From NCBI GenBank assembly GCA_965552055.1, contig CBEVQO010000004.1, forward strand, positions 128,001-192,000: a stretch of DNA of 64,000 bases. Direction: 5' to 3'. Of the stretch, positions 51,318-60,673 are shown one piece after another. Below the pieces are notes generated by a model, which searched no databases, had not been told where the DNA came from, and saw nothing but the letters and a program-made list of their open reading frames with translations. The stretch is from an uncultured bacterium. GTDB taxonomy: Bacteria; Hydrothermota; UBA3073; NMUJ01; CBEVQO01. The number at the start of each line of letters is the position of its first letter. Within the stretch, counting starts at the first letter, position 1. The position numbers were made by a program, and so were the translations under genes.

Positions 51318-52529
51318 ATGATTTTATTTTTAATTCTTACGAAAATTTTGATTCCCATGGATTTTGACCAGATAAATCATTTGAAAGCATATGGTGTAGT
51401 TTACAGGACTTTGCAAAAAGATATAAAAGTAGAATGGCTTTTGAACTACAGAGGCGGTTCTTTTTTGATGGATTATTATGATTTCATTGAAAAAGAGTTA
51501 TTAAGAGAAGGGGTTTCCTATGAGATAATTTCCGAATCAGAAGCACAGGCAATTTACAAAGATATAGAGCAACATAATATGGAAAGAATAGTTCTTGAAG
51601 TAGCTCCGAAGATTGCGGTATATGCTCCGCCTTATGCCGAGCCATGGGATGATGCAGTAAGATTAGCACTTGACTATGCTGGCATACCTTATGATGTGAT
51701 ATACGATCCAGAAGTGTTATCGGGCGCACTATCAAATTATGACTGGTTACATTTACATCATGAAGATTTTACAGGGCAATTTGGTAAATTTTATGGTTCT
51801 TACAGGTATGCTCCGTGGTTTAAGCGTCAGGTTGAGTTCAATAAAAGTCTGGCGAGGAAACTTGGCTTCAAAAAAGTGTGGCAGATGAAACATGCCGTTG
51901 CCCAAAAAATAAAAGAATATGTTGAAAAAGGCGGATTTTTGTTTGCTATGTGCTCGGCTACAGAAACGATTGACATTGCTCTTGCAGCACTCGGTATGGA
52001 TATCGTTCCTTTAATAGATGGTGATGGAGTGGAACCCAATTGTCAGGAAAAATTAAATTACGAGAATACTTTTGCATTTACAAATTTTGAAGTTGACTTA
52101 AATCCCTATAGATACAGGCATTCTGACATTGATGTTACAGATGAAGCAATTATAAGAGGTCCCAAAACTTACTTTAAATTGCATACATTTTCAGCGAAAT
52201 ATGACCCAATACCAACGATGTTGACGCAAGACCATACACATCTTATAAAAGAGTTTTTGGGTCAAACAACTGGTTTTCGTCGCAGTTTGATAAAGAAAGA
52301 TGTTGTGATACTTGCAGATGTACCCGGTACAGAAGAAGTTAAATACATTTACGGGAGCTGTGGTAAGGGCTTTTTCGCTTTTTACGGTGGACATGACCCT
52401 GAGGATTACGCACATTATGTAGGCGAGCGACCAACAAATTTAGAGTTGCACAAAAATTCACCAGGTTACAGATTGATTTTGAATAATGTATTATTCCCGG
52501 CAGCAAAAGTCAAGAAGTTAAAGACATGA
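51318..52529 (+). CDS. Conserved exported protein with glutamine-amidotransferase-like fold (often mislabelled asparagine synthetase B)
   Basis: LIPMD...NHLKAYG, WLLNYRGGSF, WDDAV, HHEDFTGQ, FAMCSAT, GHDPEDY. Confidence 0.75.
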   Translation: MILFLILTKILIPMDFDQINHLKAYGVVYRTLQKDIKVEWLLNYRGGSFLMDYYDFIEKELLREGVSYEIISESEAQAIYKDIEQHNMERIVLEVAPKIAVYAPPYAEPWDDAVRLALDYAGIPYDVIYDPEVLSGALSNYDWLHLHHEDFTGQFGKFYGSYRYAPWFKRQVEFNKSLARKLGFKKVWQMKHAVAQKIKEYVEKGGFLFAMCSATETIDIALAALGMDIVPLIDGDGVEPNCQEKLNYENTFAFTNFEVDLNPYRYRHSDIDVTDEAIIRGPKTYFKLHTFSAKYDPIPTMLTQDHTHLIKEFLGQTTGFRRSLIKKDVVILADVPGTEEVKYIYGSCGKGFFAFYGGHDPEDYAHYVGERPTNLELHKNSPGYRLILNNVLFPAAKVKKLKT

Positions 52530-53161
52530 GTTTAAGGCTTATAATAATACGACATGGAGAAAGCGAGGGCAATGCTCAAAACTTATTCAGAGGACAGATG
52601 GATTTTCCTTTGACACAAAGAGGAGTGGAACAGGCAAAATCACTTGCAGAAGAATTATCAAAAAGATTTGAGATAAAAACAATTTATTCAAGTCCATTAC
52701 AAAGGGCAAGGGAGACCGCAAAAATAATTGCAGAAAAATGCAATGCAAATCTCATAATAGATGAAAGTTTTAACAATATAAAACTCGGTGATTGGGAAGG
52801 CAAACCCAAAAATGAGATTGCACAAAAATATCCAAAAGAATGGAAAATATGGATTACAGAGCCTGAAAAGTTGAAACTCAAAGGTGCAGAGACGCTCGAT
52901 AATGTGCAGAAGAGAGCGGTAGAAGCAGTAAAAAGGATAGTAAATACAGAAAAAGAAGGAGATATATGCATCGTTACCCACAGAGCCGTAATTAAGCCAT
53001 TAATCGCAGGGTTAATCGGTATCACCAAACCTTATTTCTGGAAAATACACACAGATACCGCATCATTTAGTGTCATAGAATATGAAAAAGAAAGAGGTTT
53101 TATTTTGAAACTTTTAAATTACACAGACCATCTTAAAGAATTTATAGAAGAAAAAGTATGA
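52526..53161 (+). CDS. Histidine phosphatase family protein
   Basis: RHGES, SSPLQRA, GDWEG, VTH. Confidence 0.9.
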   Translation: MSLRLIIIRHGESEGNAQNLFRGQMDFPLTQRGVEQAKSLAEELSKRFEIKTIYSSPLQRARETAKIIAEKCNANLIIDESFNNIKLGDWEGKPKNEIAQKYPKEWKIWITEPEKLKLKGAETLDNVQKRAVEAVKRIVNTEKEGDICIVTHRAVIKPLIAGLIGITKPYFWKIHTDTASFSVIEYEKERGFILKLLNYTDHLKEFIEEKV

Positions 53162-54213
53162 TTTTGATTTTTATACTTATTGCAGGCTGGCAAAAAGATT
53201 TAATGAACGCAAAAAAGTATGAGAGAAAGGGGAATTTTACAAAAGCAGAAAGTTTGTATATTAAGGCATTTAGAAAAGCACCCGAAAGGGTTTATTCTGA
53301 ACTGAAAAGGTTTTACGAAAAAAGAGAAGAATACGAAAAATTGAAGAAAATAACTCTGGAGTTTTTAAAAGAAAATCCATATCACAAAAAGGCTATAAAA
53401 ACATTGATAAAAGTTTGCGAAAAACTCGGCGATAAATATTCGGCAATCAATTATCTCAAAAAATTAAAGAATAAAATGGTTTACGAAGAAATAGCAAATC
53501 TCTATCTTGAACGAGGCGATACTTTAAAAGCACTCAAATATTATAAAAAAGCACAGAACAATTTAAAAATTGGGTTAATTTTGAAAGATAAAAAACCTGA
53601 AAAAGCGATAAAATATTTGAAAAAGGAAAAAGGTGATAAAGCGAAGATAGGGCTTTTTGAATGTTATTTAAAACTTGGAAGATTTGAAGATGCCAAAAGA
53701 GCAATAGAAGGCACACGCGATGAGAATTATTTTATAGGACTTGTAGATTTTTATGATGGCAATATAGAATCCGCGAAACTACATTTTTCCAGAGTTTTAC
53801 CATCTTCTCCCTATGCTCGTGAGGCTATGAAAAGAATTTTTTTGATTTCAGAATCTCAATCAGAAGATGATTTAAAAACAATTGCATTTGCCGAATTTTT
53901 AGTTTTTCAAAGGAAATTTAGGGAAGCGAAAAGAGCTCTTATGAGTGTGCAGGATAGTACTTTGCGTGATGATGCTTTCCTTTTGCTCGGTGAAATTTAT
54001 GAAAAGGAAAAAAATATAAAGTCGGCTATATCTGCTTATACTTATATAATAACACATTACAACAATTTTTCAGCACAACTTGCATACCTAAAATTATGTA
54101 AAATATTTAAGAAACAAAAGAAGAAAGAAGAAATTAAAAATTTAAGAGAAGAATTTATAAGAAAATTTCCAGCGAGTCCACTTTTGCCATATATAAAAGA
54201 AATAACAATGTGA
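53158..54213 (+). CDS. TPR protein
   Basis: Multiple TPR-like helices; ends FPASP. Confidence 0.7.
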   Translation: MILIFILIAGWQKDLMNAKKYERKGNFTKAESLYIKAFRKAPERVYSELKRFYEKREEYEKLKKITLEFLKENPYHKKAIKTLIKVCEKLGDKYSAINYLKKLKNKMVYEEIANLYLERGDTLKALKYYKKAQNNLKIGLILKDKKPEKAIKYLKKEKGDKAKIGLFECYLKLGRFEDAKRAIEGTRDENYFIGLVDFYDGNIESAKLHFSRVLPSSPYAREAMKRIFLISESQSEDDLKTIAFAEFLVFQRKFREAKRALMSVQDSTLRDDAFLLLGEIYEKEKNIKSAISAYTYIITHYNNFSAQLAYLKLCKIFKKQKKKEEIKNLREEFIRKFPASPLLPYIKEITM

Positions 54214-54214
54214 G

Positions 54215-56317
54215 ATGAAAAAGATTTTGCAAAATTATAAAACAGGAGAAATCGAAATTGCAGAAGTACCTGTTCCGGCTGTCAAAAAGGGCTATATTTT
54301 GGTGAAAAACCTTTATTCTGCTGTGAGTGTGGGAACCGAGCGTGCCAAAGTTGAACTTGCTCGCAAAAATATTTTGCAAAAAGTTATGGAAAGGAAAGAT
54401 GATTTAAAAAAATTCTGGATGATGGTGAAAAGAGAGGGCTTCTTATCTGCTTACAGGAAAGCGAAAACTATTTTAGAAACCCCAAGACCACTTGGTTATT
54501 CATGCTGTGGAAAGGTGGTTGAGATTTCAGAAGGTATAGATAACATAAGAGTGGGTGACATTGTTGCATGTGCAGGCGATGATGCTCATCATGCAGAGTT
54601 TGTGTGCTGTAACAGAGCGTTATGTGTGAAAGTGCCAGAAGAAGTTTTGCCAGAAGAAGCCGCTTTTGTAGCACTTGGTTCAATCGCAATAAATGCCGTA
54701 AGAAAAGCAGAAGCACAAATCGGAGATAAAATATGTGTAATAGGGCTCGGATTAATCGGACTTATAATCACCCAAATTTTAAAATCAGCAGGCTGTAAAG
54801 TTTATGGAATCGATGTAAATGAAAAACGAATCGAACTGGCAAAAAAATTCGGAGCAGAAGTTAGCAATAAAATAGATTTTGAGAAAATTAAAGATTTTAC
54901 AGAAGGAGTTGGATTTGATTCTGTTATTTTATCTTTGTCAACATCAGAGGAAGATATAATGGATAAAGCAGGTAAAATTGCCCGTGATAGAGGCAAAATA
55001 ATAATCGTAGGAGTGTTCCCCATCCAGATTCCCCGTGACATTTACTATTACAAAGATTTAGAAGTAAGAATTGTAAGGTCTTATGGTCCCGGTAGATATG
55101 ACCCGATTTATGAAGAGAAATCAATAGATTATCCTGTTGGATATGTTAGATGGACAGAAAATCGCAATATGAAGGAATTTATCGAATTGCTGAAGAATAA
55201 AGAAATCACTTTAAGACCTTTAATAACCCATATTTTCCCGATTGAAAAAGCAAAAGATGCCTATCAATTGATTCGTGAGAAAAAAGAAGAGTTTGTAGGA
55301 GTGTTATTTAAATATCCAGAGGAAGAAAAGGTAATAAGAGTGATTGAGAAGAAAAGGGAATATAAAGGTGAGAAGGTGAATCTTGGGGTTATAGGTGCAG
55401 GTAAATTCTGTCAGTCAAATCTTTTGCCCCATTTAAAAGAGAAAGTTTATTTTAAAGCGGTATGTAATGAGCATCCTGAAAGTTCTTTTTATGTTCAGAA
55501 GAAATTTGGATTTGAGCGCGCTACAACCAATCCCGAAGATATTATAAATGACAAAGAAATAAATGCAGTTTTGATTGCAACGAGACACGATACACATGCG
55601 GAATTGATAAAAAAATCATTATTAAAGGATAAATATGTATTTTGCGAAAAACCACTTGCGATAAAAATTGAAGATGTGTTTGAAATTAAGAAGATAGTTG
55701 AAGAAAGGGGTAGTAGATTGCAGATAGGTTTTAACAGAAGGTTTTCGCCATCGGTTGTTGAGGCAAAGAAAGAGATGGGAGATGGTATCTTTTTAATAAA
55801 TTACAGGGTTAATGCAGGTGAGATTGAAAAGACTCACTGGGTGCAGGATTTGGATGTAGGTGGTGGCAGGATTATAGGTGAAGTTTGTCATTTTGTTGAT
55901 ACTCTTATTTATCTTCTATCCGATAGACCTGTTGAAGTTTTTGCATACTCTACGCCTGATTCTGTAAATTTTGACAATGCAATTATAAATTTGAAGTTCG
56001 GGCGCGGTTCAATCGCAAATGTAATTTACGCATCAAAAGGTGATAAATATTTTGAAAAGGAGAGGATAGAAATCTTTGGCAAAGGTAAAGTTATAATAAT
56101 CGAAGATTTTAAAAGGTTGAGGATTTCAAAAGAAGGTGTAGAAAGAGTAAAAGAGTTAAAAGGTAAAGGTTTTAAGGAAGAACTTCGGGCATTTATAGAT
56201 GCTGTAGAAAAAGGCAAACCCTCGCCCATAAGTTTTGAGGATATTTTCTATACGAGTTTAACGACATTCGCAATAATCGAAAGCATAAAGAAAAATTCAC
56301 CAAAAAATATTCGATAA
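54215..56317 (+). CDS. Bi-domain oxidoreductase (Zn-ADH-like plus Gfo/Idh/MocA) of polysaccharide loci
   Basis: SVGTE, PLGYS, GLGLIG, SYGPGRYD, WTENRN; GAG, EKPL, GFNRRF, GEVCHF. Confidence 0.88.
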   Translation: MKKILQNYKTGEIEIAEVPVPAVKKGYILVKNLYSAVSVGTERAKVELARKNILQKVMERKDDLKKFWMMVKREGFLSAYRKAKTILETPRPLGYSCCGKVVEISEGIDNIRVGDIVACAGDDAHHAEFVCCNRALCVKVPEEVLPEEAAFVALGSIAINAVRKAEAQIGDKICVIGLGLIGLIITQILKSAGCKVYGIDVNEKRIELAKKFGAEVSNKIDFEKIKDFTEGVGFDSVILSLSTSEEDIMDKAGKIARDRGKIIIVGVFPIQIPRDIYYYKDLEVRIVRSYGPGRYDPIYEEKSIDYPVGYVRWTENRNMKEFIELLKNKEITLRPLITHIFPIEKAKDAYQLIREKKEEFVGVLFKYPEEEKVIRVIEKKREYKGEKVNLGVIGAGKFCQSNLLPHLKEKVYFKAVCNEHPESSFYVQKKFGFERATTNPEDIINDKEINAVLIATRHDTHAELIKKSLLKDKYVFCEKPLAIKIEDVFEIKKIVEERGSRLQIGFNRRFSPSVVEAKKEMGDGIFLINYRVNAGEIEKTHWVQDLDVGGGRIIGEVCHFVDTLIYLLSDRPVEVFAYSTPDSVNFDNAIINLKFGRGSIANVIYASKGDKYFEKERIEIFGKGKVIIIEDFKRLRISKEGVERVKELKGKGFKEELRAFIDAVEKGKPSPISFEDIFYTSLTTFAIIESIKKNSPKNIR

Positions 56318-56378
56318 AAATTTTAACACAAATTTCAAAATTTTAACATGTACCATTAAAAATTTTTTCATTTTACCC

Positions 56379-56405
56379 TTGACAAAAAAACGAGTATATT
56401 AAAAT
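56379..56405 (+). promoter_or_regulatory. Promoter TTGACA-N15-TAAAAT
   Basis: Followed by a poly-G SD and ATG 56419. Confidence 0.7.
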
Positions 56406-56418
56406 AAAAAGGGGGGAT

Positions 56419-58821
56419 ATGTTGTTGCTGTTGATTTTAAGTTTAAATGTGGACTGGTTGAAGTATTATGGATTTCCCTGGTGGGGCAAAGACATCGGTA
56501 AATGTTCTTTTAAATGTTCAAATGGCTATATTGTGTTTGGTAATTCTGATGGTAAAACTTATTTAGTAAGGATAGATGAAAATGGCGATACTTTATGGAC
56601 GAAGAAGATAGGAGGCGGGCTTATAAGCGTTGAAGAAGCTATTGACGGAGGATATATTGTAATATGCGAAAAAGCGCCTCATTATTATGCTGAAAAGATT
56701 GATGAATTCGGGAATGTGCTGTGGGAAAAGGAACTTCCGGAAACCAGTTACGATTATTATCAACCTGTGATTATACGCTCTGATAGCGGTTATGCGGTGT
56801 TGCGTATGGCATTTGATACAGTTAGTGGAGATTGTGGTATGGCTCTGTTGAATGCGGATATGAATTTTAATATTATGTGGGAAAAAATTTATTTCCCGCC
56901 ACCGGAAACCTCTTTTGGATTCGATAAAGATTTCTGCAAAACAAAAGATGGCTTTGTTATAGTGGGTGAAAAATACCCGGGAGGTACTTTTGTAATGAAA
57001 GTCGATAAATCGGGCAATATTATCTGGAATAAAAATTATTATCGTTTTACTCCTTATGATATTATAACTACGAGCGATTCTTTTTATGTAATTGTGGGTG
57101 AAAAAGATAAAGACATTTATCTGTTGAAACTGGATAAAAATGGTGATACTTTATGGTCAAAGAGATATGGCGATACTTTGACCGATTGCGGATATTGTGT
57201 AAAAGAAATTCCATCGGGATACATAATCGGAGGATTTACAACCTCACAGGATACTGATTTTTATCTCTTAAAGGTTGATAAAGATGGTAACATTATATGG
57301 TCAAAAATTTATCAAAGGGAATCAATTCAAAAGCTATACGATGTACTTATCATGGATAATGGCTTCTTACTCACAGGATATTATCGTTTTGATGAAAATC
57401 CTTATGAGGAAGTTTATATTATGCTTGTTGATACTAATGGTGCGCCAATGTGGGAGAAGACATTTGGTTATCCACGGGGATGTGAATCAGGTGTTCGAGT
57501 GATTCGCACTTCTGATGGCAATTTTGTAATCGCTGGATTAACAGAATTATTTTTTTCAAATTCCCATCATTCACATCTCTGGGTGCTAAAAATAAATGCA
57601 GATGGTGATACACTTTTCAGTAAAAAATATAAAATAGGTGAAAATACGGCAGGACTTTATGTCGAAGAAGATAGTGACTCTGGGTTTATAATATGTGGTA
57701 TCGTTGATACTGCAGAAGATGGAATTGAAAATTATGATTTGCTTATCATGAAACTTGATAAATACGGTAATTTGGTGTGGTACAGAAATTTTGATGCAGG
57801 GATGCAGGAAGAAGGATTGGAGATTCATAAAACAAGTGACGGCGGATATATAGTGGTTGGTAACTTTGGACCTTATCTTATAAGTTACGGTGGACCTTAC
57901 TATAAATCCGAATCTTCCTATTATGTTTATCTTGTAAAACTGGATAAAGAAGGAAATCTCGAATGGTCGAAAACATATTCTTTTGCAGATGATTGGACCG
58001 GGTGGTCTGTGGTAGAAGACAGTGGCTTTGTAGTATCTGGTTATATTTTTAGAGATCATCCTTTTCCTTTGCTTTTTAAATGTGATTATAATGGAAATTT
58101 AATCTGGTATAAAATTTATGATGATTCATCGCACTCTCCTCGTGGTGAAATCTATCGCATGTTAAAAACAGAAGACGGATATATTCTTTGTGGTAATTCT
58201 ATACATCCCATGAGTGGCAGTTACAATTTTAGAGTGTTTTTAATGAAAGTAGATAAATTAGGTGAAATCTTGTGGTTAAAAGAGTATGGTCCTGACACTA
58301 CTCCTATTGCATGCAGGGGACTTGATGTTAGGTTTGATGATGCAGGCTACATAATTTGTGGGTTAAAAGGTTATTTTGAGTGCGGTGGGATAAATTCCCC
58401 TGATATTTATATTGTGAAAGTAGATAGTCAGGGTAATCTCATTTCCCGGGGTGAAGCAGGAGAAGATTGGATGTGGATTCAAGCAAATTCAATTCAACCA
58501 TTTGAAGGAGGATATATCGTTTGTGGTTTCGGACGCAGTGAAATTTACCCATCCGACGGCATCATAGCATTGAGAATATCGAATATAGGAATGGAAGAAA
58601 ATAAGAAATTTAACGATATAAAAAAATGCATCTTAACACAGGGGATTATAAATTTTGACTCAAAAATCAATTTAAAACTCTATGATATTACAGGTAGATG
58701 CATAAAAAATATAAGGGGAACCAGGATTTTGAATATAAGAGATTTACCACAAGGAATTTATTTCTTGCATACAAAAAGAGAAGATAAAAAAGACAAAATA
58801 AAAATCATTCTGATAAAATAA
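56419..58821 (+). CDS. Secreted repeat beta-propeller protein with T9SS-like C-terminal domain
   Basis: Repeated K.D..G...W.K..G / DGGY...G blades; LYDITGR...LPQGIYF...KIILIK. Confidence 0.8.
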   Translation: MLLLLILSLNVDWLKYYGFPWWGKDIGKCSFKCSNGYIVFGNSDGKTYLVRIDENGDTLWTKKIGGGLISVEEAIDGGYIVICEKAPHYYAEKIDEFGNVLWEKELPETSYDYYQPVIIRSDSGYAVLRMAFDTVSGDCGMALLNADMNFNIMWEKIYFPPPETSFGFDKDFCKTKDGFVIVGEKYPGGTFVMKVDKSGNIIWNKNYYRFTPYDIITTSDSFYVIVGEKDKDIYLLKLDKNGDTLWSKRYGDTLTDCGYCVKEIPSGYIIGGFTTSQDTDFYLLKVDKDGNIIWSKIYQRESIQKLYDVLIMDNGFLLTGYYRFDENPYEEVYIMLVDTNGAPMWEKTFGYPRGCESGVRVIRTSDGNFVIAGLTELFFSNSHHSHLWVLKINADGDTLFSKKYKIGENTAGLYVEEDSDSGFIICGIVDTAEDGIENYDLLIMKLDKYGNLVWYRNFDAGMQEEGLEIHKTSDGGYIVVGNFGPYLISYGGPYYKSESSYYVYLVKLDKEGNLEWSKTYSFADDWTGWSVVEDSGFVVSGYIFRDHPFPLLFKCDYNGNLIWYKIYDDSSHSPRGEIYRMLKTEDGYILCGNSIHPMSGSYNFRVFLMKVDKLGEILWLKEYGPDTTPIACRGLDVRFDDAGYIICGLKGYFECGGINSPDIYIVKVDSQGNLISRGEAGEDWMWIQANSIQPFEGGYIVCGFGRSEIYPSDGIIALRISNIGMEENKKFNDIKKCILTQGIINFDSKINLKLYDITGRCIKNIRGTRILNIRDLPQGIYFLHTKREDKKDKIKIILIK

Positions 58822-58824
58822 AAC

Positions 58825-58932
58825 TGCTGAAAAATATTAACCTTATAGAAATGGGTCGCGGAGGGCGGAGCCCTCCGAAAAATCTCTGGGCGGGTGGGAT
58901 AAATAAAAATTGAAAAATAAAATTTTTCAGCA
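58825..58932. mobile_element. MITE-like element with 11-bp terminal inverted repeats and internal GC hairpin
   Basis: TGCTGAAAAAT (58825-58835) and ATTTTTCAGCA (58922-58932); hairpin CGGAGGGC-GGA-GCCCTCCG (58859-58877). Confidence 0.55.
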
Positions 58933-58949
58933 ACCTCTAAAATAAATTA

Positions 58950-58976
58950 TTGACTTTTTAATTTTTTGCATAAATT
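58950..58976 (+). promoter_or_regulatory. Promoter TTGACT-N15-TAAATT, 5 nt before ATG 58982
   Basis: Read directly. Confidence 0.7.
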
Positions 58977-58981
58977 AAAAG

Positions 58982-59365
58982 ATGGGGAAAGTGGTGGAGA
59001 AGATAAAATTAAAAAATTTATTTGAGCCAGAGAAATCTGTGGAAGTGGATGCAGTCATAGATACAGGTGCAACAATGTTAGTTTTGCCTCAGGATATAGT
59101 AGAAAAGCTCGGCTTGCAAAAAGTAGATGAGAGAAGAGTGAGATACGCAAATAACCAAATTCAAATAAGACCTATTTACAGGGGCGTAATACTTGAACTA
59201 AAAGGCAGAGAAGGAATATTTGATGTGCTGTGCGAGGTAAAGGTCGCAGAACCACTTGTTGGACAAATAGTATTGGAAACTTTAGACCTAATAGTTGACC
59301 CTATCACAAAAACAGTGAAACCAAATCCAAAATCACCAGATATGCCCACGGCAGAGATACTTTGA
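58982..59365 (+). CDS. Clan AA (retropepsin-like) aspartic protease
   Basis: AVIDTGAT, PLVGQIVLETLDLIVDP. Confidence 0.85.
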   Translation: MGKVVEKIKLKNLFEPEKSVEVDAVIDTGATMLVLPQDIVEKLGLQKVDERRVRYANNQIQIRPIYRGVILELKGREGIFDVLCEVKVAEPLVGQIVLETLDLIVDPITKTVKPNPKSPDMPTAEIL

Positions 59366-59388
59366 AAAGAGTCCAAGGGAGGTGGTTT

Positions 59389-59568
59389 ATGAAAAAGAAG
59401 AAAGAATTTGACGCTGTAAAGATGATGAGAGAGATTCGAGATAAATTGAGCAAAATATACAGTAAAGACCCAGAAGCTGAGGTAAAAGATTCGCAGAAAA
59501 TAAGAGCAAAGTATGGAATCCATGCAAGAAGAAATAAAAAGGTTACTTTTAAAGATATTAAATTTTAA
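59389..59568 (+). CDS. Small basic hypothetical protein
   Basis: SD GGAGG; KKEFDAVKMMREIRDKLS. Confidence 0.6.
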   Translation: MKKKKEFDAVKMMREIRDKLSKIYSKDPEAEVKDSQKIRAKYGIHARRNKKVTFKDIKF

Positions 59569-60637
59569 TTTAGGGAAAAATTTTTGTGGCTTTGACCCCT
59601 ATGATGGTATTTTTTGTGATTTGGGTTGCAAAATTTTGCGTCAAATCTCGCAACAGACAATCAAATTATCACCCATAAATTTCAGGAAAGCACTTTTAAT
59701 AAAAGAAAAAGTACATCCAAAAACTCTTGCGCTATTTTCAATGGGTTTATCAAATCTTTATGAAGTTTTAAAAGAAGAAAAATGTTTGGAACTCGCAGAA
59801 AATTTATTGATAAAATTAAAAGATTTAAAATCAAAGTATTTTCCGGAGTATTGCTGGGGGCATACTTTTGCGTGGCAAACAAGGGAAAAACTTATTCCTG
59901 AAAATTATCCAACTGCCGTAAATACCGCTATCTGTGCATCTGCATTTCTCGATTTTTATAAGCACAAAAGAAAAAAAGATTTTATCGAGATAGCAAAAAG
60001 TGCAGGTGATTTTTTGATGAAAAGGTTAAATATTAAAGAAGATAGATTTTATTTGAGTTATACTCCCATTGATAGAAATTTCGTTCATAATGCAAATTCT
60101 TTATCTGCTGGTTTTTTATGCAAATTGTTTCATTATACAGGAGAGCAGGAATATTTGAATTTTGCAGAAAAAGTGTTTGATACACTTATTTTTTATCAAA
60201 ATTCTGATGGCGGATGGAATTATGGTTTAGCACCTTATCAAAGGTGGATTGATGGCTTTCATACTGGTTTTACGCTGTGGGGTCTAAAATGGGCATTGGA
60301 ATACGGAGGCACTGCGAAATATCAGGAAAATTTATCAAAGGGATATGTTTTCTACAGGGAAAAATTATTTGAGGCTGATTTCCCAAAATATTATTTGCAT
60401 AAGTTTTATCCCACTGATTCTCATAATCTTGCTGTTGCAATCATTATCCTGTGTGAATTTAGGGAGATAAAAACTGCACTTGACATTGCAAGGTGGGTGA
60501 TAGACAACTTTTATTGTTCATCAGGCTATTTTTATTTTCGTGATTATGGCTTTTACAGGATAAAAATACATTATCCGAGATGGAGTGATGCATGGCTTTT
60601 TTATTCTTTTTCTCTGCTTTTAAAAGAAATTATTTGA
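59513..60637 (+). CDS. Putative (alpha/alpha)-barrel protein of polysaccharide loci (paralog of 24334)
   Basis: GFDPYD, WGHTFAWQ, SYTP, HNAN, QNSDGGW, IDGFHTGF, YPRWS. Confidence 0.7.
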   Translation: MESMQEEIKRLLLKILNFNLGKNFCGFDPYDGIFCDLGCKILRQISQQTIKLSPINFRKALLIKEKVHPKTLALFSMGLSNLYEVLKEEKCLELAENLLIKLKDLKSKYFPEYCWGHTFAWQTREKLIPENYPTAVNTAICASAFLDFYKHKRKKDFIEIAKSAGDFLMKRLNIKEDRFYLSYTPIDRNFVHNANSLSAGFLCKLFHYTGEQEYLNFAEKVFDTLIFYQNSDGGWNYGLAPYQRWIDGFHTGFTLWGLKWALEYGGTAKYQENLSKGYVFYREKLFEADFPKYYLHKFYPTDSHNLAVAIIILCEFREIKTALDIARWVIDNFYCSSGYFYFRDYGFYRIKIHYPRWSDAWLFYSFSLLLKEII

Positions 60638-60660
60638 CATTATGAGGATATGAATATATT
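60634..60660 (+). promoter_or_regulatory. Promoter TTGACA-N15-TATATT
   Basis: Upstream of DUF4190-alaS. Confidence 0.7.
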
Positions 60661-60673
60661 AAGAGGGGGTGAG

